From a virus, in IMG/VR virus record IMGVR_UViG_3300035670_000026, positions 1 through 64,000 of that record: DNA of 64,000 nucleotides. One strand, given 5' to 3'. Positions 7,399 to 16,026 of this stretch are shown here, piece by piece (position 1 is the stretch's first letter; every line of letters starts with the position of its first letter). The notes below the pieces were generated by a model. It ran no database searches, was not told the origin of the DNA, and saw nothing but the letters and a program-made list of their open reading frames with translations. A program made the translations under genes and the position numbers.

Positions 7399-7851
7399 AT
7401 GCAATTCAAGACTCTCCGAAACAGAAAAGACATTGATCTGGTTGAATACGTTCGGGACTACATCAATGAAAATCCACAAGTTGAAATCCTTATAGGATGC
7501 GACTCACAAAACCATATAGACACTACAGTATATGCTACAGTGGTTGCTCTATACAAACCACAAGCTGGTGCCCATGTTCTTTTCTGTAAAGAGGTTACTC
7601 AAACAGAAAAAGTTCGTCAAGTTAGATTGATGAATGAAGTTTGGAAATCAATTGAAGTTGCCGAATTACTAAAAAATTCAGGTTTACCAAGAGCAAAATA
7701 TATCGATATTGACCTTAACCCAGATAAAAGATTTAAATCAAATGAAGTTCTAAGAGCAGCAGTTGGTTTAGTTGAAGGAATGGGTTACAGCGTTAGATAT
7801 AAATCATTAGGTGCATTAGTAACTACAGCGGCTGATGCATTGGTAAAATAA
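7399..7851 (+). CDS. RNase H-like YkuK (DUF458) family protein
   Basis: IGCDSQ, RLMNEVWKS, IDIDLN and AAD motifs. Confidence 0.8.
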   Translation: MQFKTLRNRKDIDLVEYVRDYINENPQVEILIGCDSQNHIDTTVYATVVALYKPQAGAHVLFCKEVTQTEKVRQVRLMNEVWKSIEVAELLKNSGLPRAKYIDIDLNPDKRFKSNEVLRAAVGLVEGMGYSVRYKSLGALVTTAADALVK

Positions 7852-7855
7852 TCAA

Positions 7856-7929
7856 GGTCCCTTAGCTCAACGGATTAGAGCACTTCGCTACGGACGAAGG
7901 GGTTAGGAGTTCGAATCTCTTAGGGACTA
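7856..7929 (+). tRNA. tRNA-Arg(ACG)
   Basis: CTTCG-CT-ACG-GA-CGAAG. Confidence 0.93.
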
Positions 7930-7934
7930 CAAAT

Positions 7935-8005
7935 GGTCCTATGTCCGATTGGCAAGGTGAAGCTCTGCAAAAGCTTTTATGTTGGTTCAAATCCAACTAG
8001 GACCT
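7935..8005 (+). tRNA. tRNA-Cys(GCA)
   Basis: AAGCT-CT-GCA-AA-AGCTT, U73. Confidence 0.9.
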
Positions 8006-8011
8006 CAATAC

Positions 8012-8075
8012 ATGGGTGTGGTGAAATGGTATCATTACGGTCTCCAAAACCGCAGTTCAGGGTTCGAATCCTTGC
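8012..8075 (+). tRNA. tRNA-Trp(CCA)
   Basis: CGGT-CT-CCA-AA-ACCG; G73 plus encoded CCA; 3' coordinate approximate. Confidence 0.88.
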
Positions 8076-8125
8076 ACCCGTGCCAACTATCCGATGTGTT
8101 TACCGAGCTAGGTCGGTTTTAACAT

Positions 8126-8199
8126 GGTGGATATAGCTCAATCGGGAGAGCGTTGGTTTGTGGAACCAAAGGTAGTGGGATCGAAACCCACTATTCACC
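8126..8199 (+). tRNA. tRNA-His(GTG)
   Basis: G-1/C73; TTGGT-TT-GTG-GA-ACCAA. Confidence 0.92.
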
Positions 8200-8297
8200 C
8201 AAAAAATTTCACCAAAAATTTGGAGAAGTAAAAGATTAGTCGTACATTTACGACATAGAATTAAGAACAAGTTGTTCTTTGACGTATTGGAAAAAAT

Positions 8298-8379
8298 GCC
8301 TTGGTGGTGGAAATGGTAGACACAGCGGTCTTAGAAACCGTAGCTTTATCGCTTGCGAGTTCGAGTCTCGCCCGAGGTA
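8298..8379 (+). tRNA. tRNA-Leu(TAG)
   Basis: GCGGT-CT-TAG-AA-ACCGT, long variable arm. Confidence 0.93.
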
Positions 8380-8382
8380 CAA

Positions 8383-8582
8383 ATGAAACACTTCCTACAG
8401 AAGACAGATTAGCACTGTTGAAAGGAACCTTGGCTTACGGGAGTAATTACCATAGTAAGTTACAAAATGACCCAAGGTACTCTGTGATGGACCCTGCTCT
8501 GTGGTGCACTCATAACAGGTGGACAGTAAACTATGTCCAGTCAAATCCACAACTACGGTGAGCGTAGAGGAAGCAGTTTCAT
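8383..8582 (+). ncRNA. Unassigned ~200-nt structured RNA
   Basis: Closing helix ATGAAAC..CTTCCT / AGGAAG..GTTTCAT; internal CCTTGG/CCAAGG, CTTAC/GTAAG, TGGACA/TGTCCA. Confidence 0.6.
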
Positions 8583-8586
8583 ATTC

Positions 8587-8658
8587 GTCTTGGTAGCTCA
8601 GTGGTAGAGCTAGCGGCTGTTAACCGCTCGGCCGGAGGTTCGAATCCTCCCCAGGACG
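8587..8658 (+). tRNA. tRNA-Asn(GTT)
   Basis: AGCGG-CT-GTT-AA-CCGCT, G73. Confidence 0.93.
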
Positions 8659-8666
8659 CAAAAAAT

Positions 8667-8738
8667 GGCCCGTTCGTCTATCGGTTAGGACACCAGGTTT
8701 TCAACCTGTAAAGACGAGTTCGACTCTCGTACGGGCTA
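8667..8738 (+). tRNA. tRNA-Glu(TTC)
   Basis: CAGG-TT-TTC-AA-CCTG. Confidence 0.93.
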
Positions 8739-8742
8739 CAAA

Positions 8743-8836
8743 AATTATATCCTTAGGTACCCATACAGCGGTGAGATGGGCTAAGTTAGATACAATTCCT
8801 CGGAGCTGGGAGTAGAATGCCTAATGTGATATGATT
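8743..8836 (+). ncRNA. Unassigned ~94-nt structured RNA
   Basis: AATTATATC/GATATGATT and TTAGGTA/TGCCTAA closing stems with internal hairpins. Confidence 0.5.
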
Positions 8837-8847
8837 TAAAAATAAAT

Positions 8848-8922
8848 TGCGGGGAACTAGAGCTGGTGCACTGACGAGTCTCATAAGCTCGGACTAGGTG
8901 GGTTCGATTCCCTCCCCCGCAA
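8848..8922 (+). tRNA. tRNA-Met(CAT), initiator-like acceptor, atypical D arm
   Basis: TGCGGGG/CCCCGCA; CGAGT-CT-CAT-AA-GCTCG. Confidence 0.82.
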
Positions 8923-8928
8923 CTATAT

Positions 8929-8999
8929 TTTCCTCTCGTCTAATGGCAGGACAAGTGGTTTTGAGCCACTGAATCGGAGTTCGAATCTCTGGGGGAAAA
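8929..8999 (+). tRNA. tRNA-Gln(TTG)
   Basis: AGTGG-TT-TTG-AG-CCACT; U1-A72. Confidence 0.9.
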
Positions 9000-9004
9000 C
9001 AATT

Positions 9005-9077
9005 GGGGTTGTAGCTCAACTGGCTGAGCGCTTCCTTTGCAAGGAAGAGGATGAGGGTTCGAATCCCTTCTGCTCCA
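9005..9077 (+). tRNA. tRNA-Ala(TGC)
   Basis: CTTCC-TT-TGC-AA-GGAAG; G3-U70. Confidence 0.93.
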
Positions 9078-9080
9078 CAA

Positions 9081-9157
9081 TTGGTAAGTTCCTCACACCT
9101 AGGGTTAGTGAATAATTTAAAGGAGGCATGTAAATACACAAGGTTACAACTTACCAA
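9081..9157 (+). ncRNA. Unassigned ~77-nt structured RNA
   Basis: Perfect 10-bp closing stem TTGGTAAGTT/AACTTACCAA. Confidence 0.45.
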
Positions 9158-9161
9158 ATTC

Positions 9162-9233
9162 GGTCCATTGGTGTAATGGCTAACATGCAGCACTGTCTAT
9201 GCTGCGCTACGAGTTCGATTCTCGTATGGACCG
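9162..9233 (+). tRNA. tRNA-Asp(GTC)
   Basis: CAGCA-CT-GTC-TA-TGCTG, G73. Confidence 0.9.
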
Positions 9234-9235
9234 CT

Positions 9236-9363
9236 AAAGAAAAAGTAGTGAAGCTGTAATTGAGAAGTAGAGTGTATTAATTGCTGAAAAAGGGTTTATA
9301 GTAAGTAGGCGTCACTCATTGCACTCAATCAGAAACCCTGAAAGACCCGAAGCTTTTTCTTTT
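9236..9363 (+). ncRNA. Unassigned ~128-nt structured RNA
   Basis: AAAGAAAAAG/CTTTTTCTTT closing stem; AGGGTTT/AAACCCT internal helix. Confidence 0.45.
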
Positions 9364-9365
9364 CT

Positions 9366-9438
9366 CGGGAAGTAGATCAGTTGGTAGATCGCCTGGTTTG
9401 GGACCAGGAGGCCGCAGGTTCGAGTCCTGTCTTCCCGA
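9366..9438 (+). tRNA. tRNA-Pro(TGG)
   Basis: CCTGG-TT-TGG-GA-CCAGG; CGG acceptor start. Confidence 0.95.
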
Positions 9439-9500
9439 CAATAATTTTTCCAATATGTCTTTGTAATTGGTTAATATTTATAATAAAAAAACCAATTATT

Positions 9501-9671
9501 ATGAAAAATATAACTAAAGAACAATTTTTAGGTATTGTTAGACATACCTTAACTTTCGTAGGTGGTATTTTACTTACTCAAGGTATAATTGATGCTTCGC
9601 TTTTAGGTGAAGTTTCTGGTGCTATTGTAACATTAGCTGGTGCTATTTGGTCTGTAGTAAGTAAAAAATAA
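9501..9671 (+). CDS. Putative holin (two TM helices)
   Basis: Real start at ATG 9501 (the upstream extension overlaps tRNA-Pro); GIVRHTLTFVGG motif; adjacent to the endolysin. Confidence 0.65.
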   Translation: MKNITKEQFLGIVRHTLTFVGGILLTQGIIDASLLGEVSGAIVTLAGAIWSVVSKK

Positions 9672-9886
9672 TGAAAGATTTTATAGTTAAAATGTTTTCC
9701 AATAATGAAGGTACTTCTTCTAAAAGAGTACTTGGAGCTATTGGATTACTTTCTATGATAGTATTTATGTTTTTACACCCTACTAGTGATATAGCTGTTG
9801 AAACTGTTGGTTATGTTACTATAGCTTATGGTGTAGGAACAGTAGTTGAAAAATTTGCTAAAAAAGGTACTAATCCTGAAATATAA
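9671..9886 (+). CDS. Small membrane protein (holin/antiholin-like)
   Basis: SSKR motif plus two TM segments, in the lysis cassette. Confidence 0.55.
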   Translation: MKDFIVKMFSNNEGTSSKRVLGAIGLLSMIVFMFLHPTSDIAVETVGYVTIAYGVGTVVEKFAKKGTNPEI

Positions 9887-10545
9887 TGTCTATACCAAAA
9901 ACAACATTAGTTGAGTTTCCTGAAAATCAGTATTATAAAACTCAATTTAAAAAAAATCAAATTTATTTACACCATACTGCGGGAAATGCTGATGCAAAAA
10001 ATGTTTTTCATGGATGGAAAAGTGATAAAGGAAGAATAGGAACTTGTGTCTCTATATCAGGTAAAGGTAAAAATACGATTGATGGAGAAATAATACAAGG
10101 TTTTTCATCTAAATTTTGGGCTTATCATTTAGGTGTTAAAACTAAACATTTTCAAGCTATGAAATTACCTTATAAAGAGTTAGATAAATTTTCTATAGGT
10201 ATTGAAATTTGTAATTGGGGACAATTAACTTTAAAAGATGGTAAATTTTATAATTATGTAAATCGTGAAGTTCTAGCTAGTGAAGTTTATGAATTATCTA
10301 TACCACATAGAGGATACAAGTATTACCATAATTACACTGATGCTCAAATTGAATCTACAAGACAACTTTTAGTTTATTGGGGTAAATTATATAATATTCC
10401 TTTAATATATAATGAAGATATTTTTGGTTTAACTCCAAGAGCATTTAAAGGAGAAGCAGGAATATTTACACATAATTCAGTTCGACCTGATAAAGTAGAT
10501 ATATATCCTCATCCTAAATTAATTGAAATGTTAAAATCGTTATAA
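9886..10545 (+). CDS. N-acetylmuramoyl-L-alanine amidase (Amidase_2) endolysin
   Basis: IYLHHTAG, WAYH, SIGIE, THNSVRPDKVD. Confidence 0.85.
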   Translation: MSIPKTTLVEFPENQYYKTQFKKNQIYLHHTAGNADAKNVFHGWKSDKGRIGTCVSISGKGKNTIDGEIIQGFSSKFWAYHLGVKTKHFQAMKLPYKELDKFSIGIEICNWGQLTLKDGKFYNYVNREVLASEVYELSIPHRGYKYYHNYTDAQIESTRQLLVYWGKLYNIPLIYNEDIFGLTPRAFKGEAGIFTHNSVRPDKVDIYPHPKLIEMLKSL

Positions 10546-10648
10546 ACGCATATATTAATTTTAAACATTTAGACGCGGGGTATTGTGAATGCCTCGCGTC
10601 TTGCGTTTATATGCGCTATAAAAACGTTCTACGCACATATTTATACAT

Positions 10649-11086
10649 GTGGATATAAACAAAATATTTGGATTATTTAATAATGATGAACCTGAATCTT
10701 TGCAAGAAAAAGCAAGGATAGCAGATGAATTGTTAAATTATAAAGAGCATCCTTTATTCTGGGTAGGTATGTTTAAAAAACTTATTCATAATCATAAAAA
10801 TTTTAATCACCAAATACTTGGTTTTTTTAGTAAAATGGATGAGGAATTAGATTTATATGATGTTGAACAAGCCGGAGAATTTGTAACTTACAATAGAGCT
10901 TGGCATTGGATTTCAAAAGTAGATATTCAAGATAGGAAATGTCAAGATGCTATCATACATTACACCGACGAATTCCTAGAAACCTACTTAAAATTTACTA
11001 TTTCATACTTCCAGGAATTTGAAGAATATGAAAAATGTGCGCATTTGAAAAATATTTTAGACTTAGTTCAAAGTCTTTTAAAGTAA
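10649..11086 (+). CDS. Hypothetical protein with C-terminal UVR-like EEYEKCA motif
   Basis: GTG start after ATATTTATA at 10637. Confidence 0.6.
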   Translation: MDINKIFGLFNNDEPESLQEKARIADELLNYKEHPLFWVGMFKKLIHNHKNFNHQILGFFSKMDEELDLYDVEQAGEFVTYNRAWHWISKVDIQDRKCQDAIIHYTDEFLETYLKFTISYFQEFEEYEKCAHLKNILDLVQSLLK

Positions 11087-11152
11087 ACTTGGAGATACTA
11101 ATTCCATATCGTATATTGGAAATACGGGAAAAAAAGAAAATAAAAGAATGTT

Positions 11153-11350
11153 ATGAAAAACAGAGAGATTATAATGAGAAGGTTAGAGCGAGCCGAGGGG
11201 GAAATTGAGAAAATATATTTCTTCCTAAATCGTGGAGGTTCAAGAGAACAGGTAGAAGAGGTACTTATTACCCTTCGTGAATCTATAGATGATGCTAAAT
11301 CATTTATACAACAAGAACCTCTAGGTCCGGGAGAAATTAACCAATATTAA
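11153..11350 (+). CDS. Hypothetical protein
   Basis: ORF after promoter 11089. Confidence 0.6.
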   Translation: MKNREIIMRRLERAEGEIEKIYFFLNRGGSREQVEEVLITLRESIDDAKSFIQQEPLGPGEINQY

Positions 11351-11353
11351 GTT

Positions 11354-12139
11354 ATGCAACTAACAGCAGAACAAATTCACCAAAATTGGGTAGATTTTAT
11401 TGGTTTCATTGATGACCATATTTCTGAACCACGTAAAACAGCTCTTAAAGCATTTTACGAAAAATATGAGGATCGTATCATTTTGATGCCTGCGGCTCAT
11501 AAAAAAGAATATCATAATGCTTTCCCTGGAGGATATGTAGAGCATGTAAATCGTGTTGTAACTTGTGCTATTCACCTTCACAAATTATGGGGACAAATGG
11601 GAGCAGATTTAACTACATTTACTAAAGAAGAACTTATATTTTCGGCTCTGAACCATGATTTAGGTAAAATGGGTTCTGAAACTGAAGAATCATATATCCC
11701 CCAGACTGATAATTGGAGACGTGAAAAATTAGGTGAAGACTATATGTTTAATACTAAAGTACCATTTGCTTCTGTTCCTGATCGTGGTCTATTTTTACTC
11801 CAGGCACATGATATTAAATACACTTTTAATGAAATGGTTGCCATCCAGACTCATGATGGTTTATATGATGATGCAAATAAGAAATACCTTATGACTTATA
11901 TGCCAGAACAAAAACCTCGTACTTCTCTTCCTTTTATAGTACATCAGGCAGATTTAATGGCTGCTCGTATTGAGTTTGAACGTGAATGGTTACCTAAATT
12001 GAATGGTAACGTGGAGACCAAAAAGACAAGTTTTACATTAGAGGCAAATAAAAAACAACCTTCAAAAGATAGTAAACAAACAAAAGCATTAGGTTCACTA
12101 AAAAATGAAGGTCTTAAAAATCTATTGGATAATTTATGA
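11354..12139 (+). CDS. HD-domain phosphohydrolase
   Basis: PAA..YH.AFPGGYVEH, NHDLGK, HDG, HQAD. Confidence 0.85.
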   Translation: MQLTAEQIHQNWVDFIGFIDDHISEPRKTALKAFYEKYEDRIILMPAAHKKEYHNAFPGGYVEHVNRVVTCAIHLHKLWGQMGADLTTFTKEELIFSALNHDLGKMGSETEESYIPQTDNWRREKLGEDYMFNTKVPFASVPDRGLFLLQAHDIKYTFNEMVAIQTHDGLYDDANKKYLMTYMPEQKPRTSLPFIVHQADLMAARIEFEREWLPKLNGNVETKKTSFTLEANKKQPSKDSKQTKALGSLKNEGLKNLLDNL

Positions 12140-12417
12140 TAGTACTAGTAATAATTTTAAGTATATTGGTCGTGATCTTGGGATACACGACCTTTAACCT
12201 CCTACGTAAAAACGAGAAACAAGAGGATATCCTTTCAGGATATATGGCTTATTTAAATAAAGTTTCCCAAACTATTGAAGCCGCAGATAAAAAAATGCAA
12301 GAAGTAGATGTAAAAGGTAGCTTTAAATCAGATGATGAGGTAGGATTTTTCTTTCAACAAATACAAAGTATTCAAACTATTTTAAACTCCTTCATCATTA
12401 AAAATGTTGAAAAATAA
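12136..12417 (+). CDS. Small membrane-anchored protein
   Basis: N-terminal TM helix; FKSDDEVGFFF. Confidence 0.6.
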   Translation: MIVLVIILSILVVILGYTTFNLLRKNEKQEDILSGYMAYLNKVSQTIEAADKKMQEVDVKGSFKSDDEVGFFFQQIQSIQTILNSFIIKNVEK

Positions 12418-13124
12418 TGGAGACTATAGTAAAAAAGAAAAAAAAAGGGGTACAATACTTTACCCAAGATACTGAAAATGCTATAGTATTATATAATAAT
12501 ACACTTGATCCTGAAGAAAGAAGTAATATCTATCGAGAAAGAATTCATTATGGTTTTTTTAAATTAACCGAAAATATTATTCATACCTTCAAATTTTACT
12601 ATACAGAAGTAGATAATATTGAAGATTTACAACATGAAGTAATTACATTTCTTCTTTCTAAAATTCACCTTTATGATCAATCTAAGGGAGCAAAAGCATA
12701 TTCTTACTTTGGAACAATTGCAAAACGCTATTTAATCCTTTCAAACCAAAAAAATTACAAAAAGCGTGTTGATACCGCTCCTATTGAAATTTTAGAGGAA
12801 GATGAAAATCATTCATATACCATAGATGATAGTCCGTATAATGAACGTTTATCTAAGTATATAGACAAATTTACAGAACATTGTACGCAACATATATTTG
12901 AAATATTCCCTAAAGAATATGACGCTCAAATAGCAGATGCTATTTTAGAATTATTTCGTAAACGAGAACATTTAGATATTTTTAATAAAAAAGCACTTTA
13001 TATTTATATCCGTGAACAAGTTGATGTAAAAACTCCAAAAATTACTAAAATAGCAAATCAACTTTATAGCATATTTAAAGAAAACTATATTTTTTATTTG
13101 GAAAACGGATATACAAATTTTTAG
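12417..13124 (+). CDS. Phage sigma factor, T4 gp55-like (late transcription)
   Basis: Region-2-like EDLQHE..YDQSKGAKAYSYFGTIAKRYL; located before structural genes. Confidence 0.6.
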   Translation: METIVKKKKKGVQYFTQDTENAIVLYNNTLDPEERSNIYRERIHYGFFKLTENIIHTFKFYYTEVDNIEDLQHEVITFLLSKIHLYDQSKGAKAYSYFGTIAKRYLILSNQKNYKKRVDTAPIEILEEDENHSYTIDDSPYNERLSKYIDKFTEHCTQHIFEIFPKEYDAQIADAILELFRKREHLDIFNKKALYIYIREQVDVKTPKITKIANQLYSIFKENYIFYLENGYTNF

Positions 13125-13157
13125 TTTCAATATTTATAAGAAACTAATTGTATATTT

Positions 13158-13493
13158 ATGTCACAATTTGATAATATAATCTTTGGTAAGAAAAAATTTT
13201 CCGATGTTTTAGAAGAAATTTATAACAACCAAAAGAAAAAAGACCAACAAGTAACAGCTTTAATCTCAGAGCTAAAACCCCTTATTTCTGATATTGGGGA
13301 CGCTACTTTAGTAGTTCCTTTAATTAAGGAATATATGGAAATTAGCGTTAAAAATGATGATATTTTAATTAAGATGGCTGCTTTAGCTCAACGTGCTATG
13401 CAAACTCAAACAGCAGATGGTGCTTTAACTATTTCTGATGAAGAAAAAGAGCAATTACTTTCGGCAATGAATGAATTAAAAGGAGAAAAATAA
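13158..13493 (+). CDS. Hypothetical coiled-coil protein
   Basis: ORF after ATATTTATA at 13130. Confidence 0.6.
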   Translation: MSQFDNIIFGKKKFSDVLEEIYNNQKKKDQQVTALISELKPLISDIGDATLVVPLIKEYMEISVKNDDILIKMAALAQRAMQTQTADGALTISDEEKEQLLSAMNELKGEK

Positions 13494-14728
13494 TGGCTAC
13501 AAGATATGGCTTTGCTTCAGTTAACCAGAATTTAAATCCAAATTTAAATAATGGTTTTGGTGTTCAACAAGCCATTGAACAAGCTGGTTTAATCAAAGCT
13601 GTTAGAGTATTAAGTATTATTTTAGATGAATCTCATCCTCGATTTGAAGAATTAGGTGAATGGAATGGTTTAGGTATTATTGAATATGAAGATGTAATTA
13701 ATCCATTACCTTCTCCTTCACTCCCAATAGCTAGACCTTTAATGGGAAATTCTAAAAATTTTCCATTAGTAAATGAAATAGTATACATAATATTTTTTCC
13801 AAGTACTAATATTGATACTGTTTCTTCTAATGGTACTGAATATTATATTGATATAGTTTCTTTATGGAACCATCCTCATCATAATGCTTACCCTACTGCT
13901 CCTAATGAATTACCTCCTTCACAACAAAAGGATTATGTACAAACGGAAACAGGTAATGTTAGAAGAATTACAGACCAATCAACAGAAATATTTTTAGGTA
14001 AAACCTTTAAAGAACGTTCTAATATTCACCCACTTTTACCTTTTGAAGGTGATATAATTTATGAAGGAAGATGGGGAAATAGTATAAGAATTGGTTCAAC
14101 TGTACCTAACACACCAAACAATTGGTCAACAACAGGTTCATCTGGAGATCCAATTTTTATTATTAGAAACGGACAAGGTAAACAAAGTGAAGAAGGATGG
14201 ATACCAACTGTAGAAGATATTAACAATGATGATTCTTCTATTTATGCTACAAGTACCCAAAAAATACCTTTAAAAGCATCAAGTACTAATTATTTCAGTT
14301 ATAAAAACAATGCTCCACAAACTCCAGATCAATATGCTGGAAAGCAAATTATTGTAAATTCTGGTCGTTTAGTATTTAATACTACACAAGATCATTTATT
14401 ATTAAGTTCTGCTAAAACTATAAATTTAAATGCTGTTGAAGGAGTTAATATTGATTCTCAAACAGTAGTAGTACAATCTGGAAACATTTATTTAGGTTCT
14501 AAAAATGCTACTGAACCTTTATTATTAGGTAACCAAACAGTTACACTGCTAAACCAATTAATATCAAATCTTTCAGCATTCGCTCAAATTTGTAGTACAT
14601 TAGTTTCAACACCCCCAGGGACTCCAATTGCTCCTTTAAATGTAGCAGCTGTTCAATTAGTAGGTTCTTTAAATGCTGTTCAAGCTAATTTAAATAACTT
14701 AAAATCAAAATATAATTATACAGTATAA
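13493..14728 (+). CDS. Baseplate hub/central spike protein (gp5-like)
   Basis: OB-like N-terminus (PLVNEIV), EGD..EGRWGNSIR, beta-helix-like C-terminus with EPLLLG. Confidence 0.55.
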   Translation: MATRYGFASVNQNLNPNLNNGFGVQQAIEQAGLIKAVRVLSIILDESHPRFEELGEWNGLGIIEYEDVINPLPSPSLPIARPLMGNSKNFPLVNEIVYIIFFPSTNIDTVSSNGTEYYIDIVSLWNHPHHNAYPTAPNELPPSQQKDYVQTETGNVRRITDQSTEIFLGKTFKERSNIHPLLPFEGDIIYEGRWGNSIRIGSTVPNTPNNWSTTGSSGDPIFIIRNGQGKQSEEGWIPTVEDINNDDSSIYATSTQKIPLKASSTNYFSYKNNAPQTPDQYAGKQIIVNSGRLVFNTTQDHLLLSSAKTINLNAVEGVNIDSQTVVVQSGNIYLGSKNATEPLLLGNQTVTLLNQLISNLSAFAQICSTLVSTPPGTPIAPLNVAAVQLVGSLNAVQANLNNLKSKYNYTV

Positions 14729-15663
14729 TGGCTACTCCTATTGAACAAGAACAAATTAGACAAGAAGAATTAGCAGCTGCTGAAAAACAATCTGCTCAAG
14801 CTAATCAAAAAACTGTAGATGTTAATTTAATACAAGGTGCTACCCCTGATGATCAAAAACCAAAAGGAACAGCTAAATTGCCTTCTTTATTATTTGCCTT
14901 AGGATCACAAATCCCTCAAATTATACAGCCATCTTTACAAAATTTAATAAATCAATATATACAGAATGTAGATGTTTGTCCAAATGAGATAGTATTAGCT
15001 GAGTTAATAGTTCAAAGAAATAATATTGTTCAATCACTTAATAATATAGGTACAAGAATAAACCAATTAGGAACCTCAATTTCAGGAGTATCAACATTTT
15101 TAAATACAACATTAGGTATAATAACAGCTATAGACATTGCTTCTGTAGTAATTTCAACAGCAGCAAAAGTAGTTCCCCTTATACCAGGTGCTGTTCCTGC
15201 TGCTTTAAATGATTTACAAACTTTAATTAGAAAAGTTACTTTTGATCAATTAGGTAATTCTAAATTATCTAAACTTCAAGGTGTGATTAGCAGTTCTGCT
15301 TTAGTTATATCCATTATAGGAACGTATATTTTAACAGCAAAAGCTATTTTGGATATAATCGATGCTTATATTAAAAAATGTAATAAATTAGCTAATTTAG
15401 ACCCAACTTCTAAAATTATAAATGATATAGCTGATGCTCAGTTACAAGCCCAGCAAACTTTAAACCAAACAACATACCAGGGTTTTATTATAGAAATTGA
15501 AGAAGTACCTTATACTCCAACTGTAATAAGAAGAAGAGCAGTTGGTAAAACTCAACAAGGTATTCCTTTAATTCAAACAGAATTATCCTTTACTACAGAT
15601 AATCAAACATTAATTAATGAACTTAAGCTAATAATTGACAGAGATAATTTAAAAGCTTATTAA
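14728..15663 (+). CDS. Hypothetical virion protein (helical)
   Basis: ORF in the baseplate operon. Confidence 0.55.
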   Translation: MATPIEQEQIRQEELAAAEKQSAQANQKTVDVNLIQGATPDDQKPKGTAKLPSLLFALGSQIPQIIQPSLQNLINQYIQNVDVCPNEIVLAELIVQRNNIVQSLNNIGTRINQLGTSISGVSTFLNTTLGIITAIDIASVVISTAAKVVPLIPGAVPAALNDLQTLIRKVTFDQLGNSKLSKLQGVISSSALVISIIGTYILTAKAILDIIDAYIKKCNKLANLDPTSKIINDIADAQLQAQQTLNQTTYQGFIIEIEEVPYTPTVIRRRAVGKTQQGIPLIQTELSFTTDNQTLINELKLIIDRDNLKAY

Positions 15664-15681
15664 TTTTAATATTTATAAACA

Positions 15682-16026
15682 ATGAAAACTACAGAACTTA
15701 AAAATCTAATTAAAGAAGCTGTAAAAGAAGCTATCCAAGAGGAATTAAAAGAAATCCTTTTGGAAGCAGTTCGTGCTCCTAAAACAATTGTACAAGAATC
15801 TTTAAGAGATACGTATGCTCAACCCCACATTGAATCACCTAAAAAATTAACAGTTGCTGAAAGACAAGCAATGTTTGGTGGTATTTTGGGTGAAATGCAA
15901 AATGGTGGAGCCGCAACTTCACAATATGCAGGAAATTTCCAACCCCAATCAGTAGATACTATTAATGGAGCTTTACCTGAAGGAAATGTTGGTTTAGATC
16001 AAATAATGGCTTTAATGAATAAGTAA
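15682..16026 (+). CDS. Hypothetical protein
   Basis: MKTTELKNLIKEAVKE leader. Confidence 0.55.
   Translation: MKTTELKNLIKEAVKEAIQEELKEILLEAVRAPKTIVQESLRDTYAQPHIESPKKLTVAERQAMFGGILGEMQNGGAATSQYAGNFQPQSVDTINGALPEGNVGLDQIMALMNK

Noticed and set aside
5930-9480. ORF-track calls 5930-6127, 6054-6407, 6430-6717, 6894-7187, 7933-8136, 8301-8561, 8894-9193 and the 5' extension of 9381
   Set aside because: They overlap tRNAs, the large ncRNA or the attenuator and are spurious translations
10571-10601. Hairpin after the endolysin gene
   Set aside because: Probably an ordinary terminator or stabiliser with a weak T-tract; nothing further can be supported
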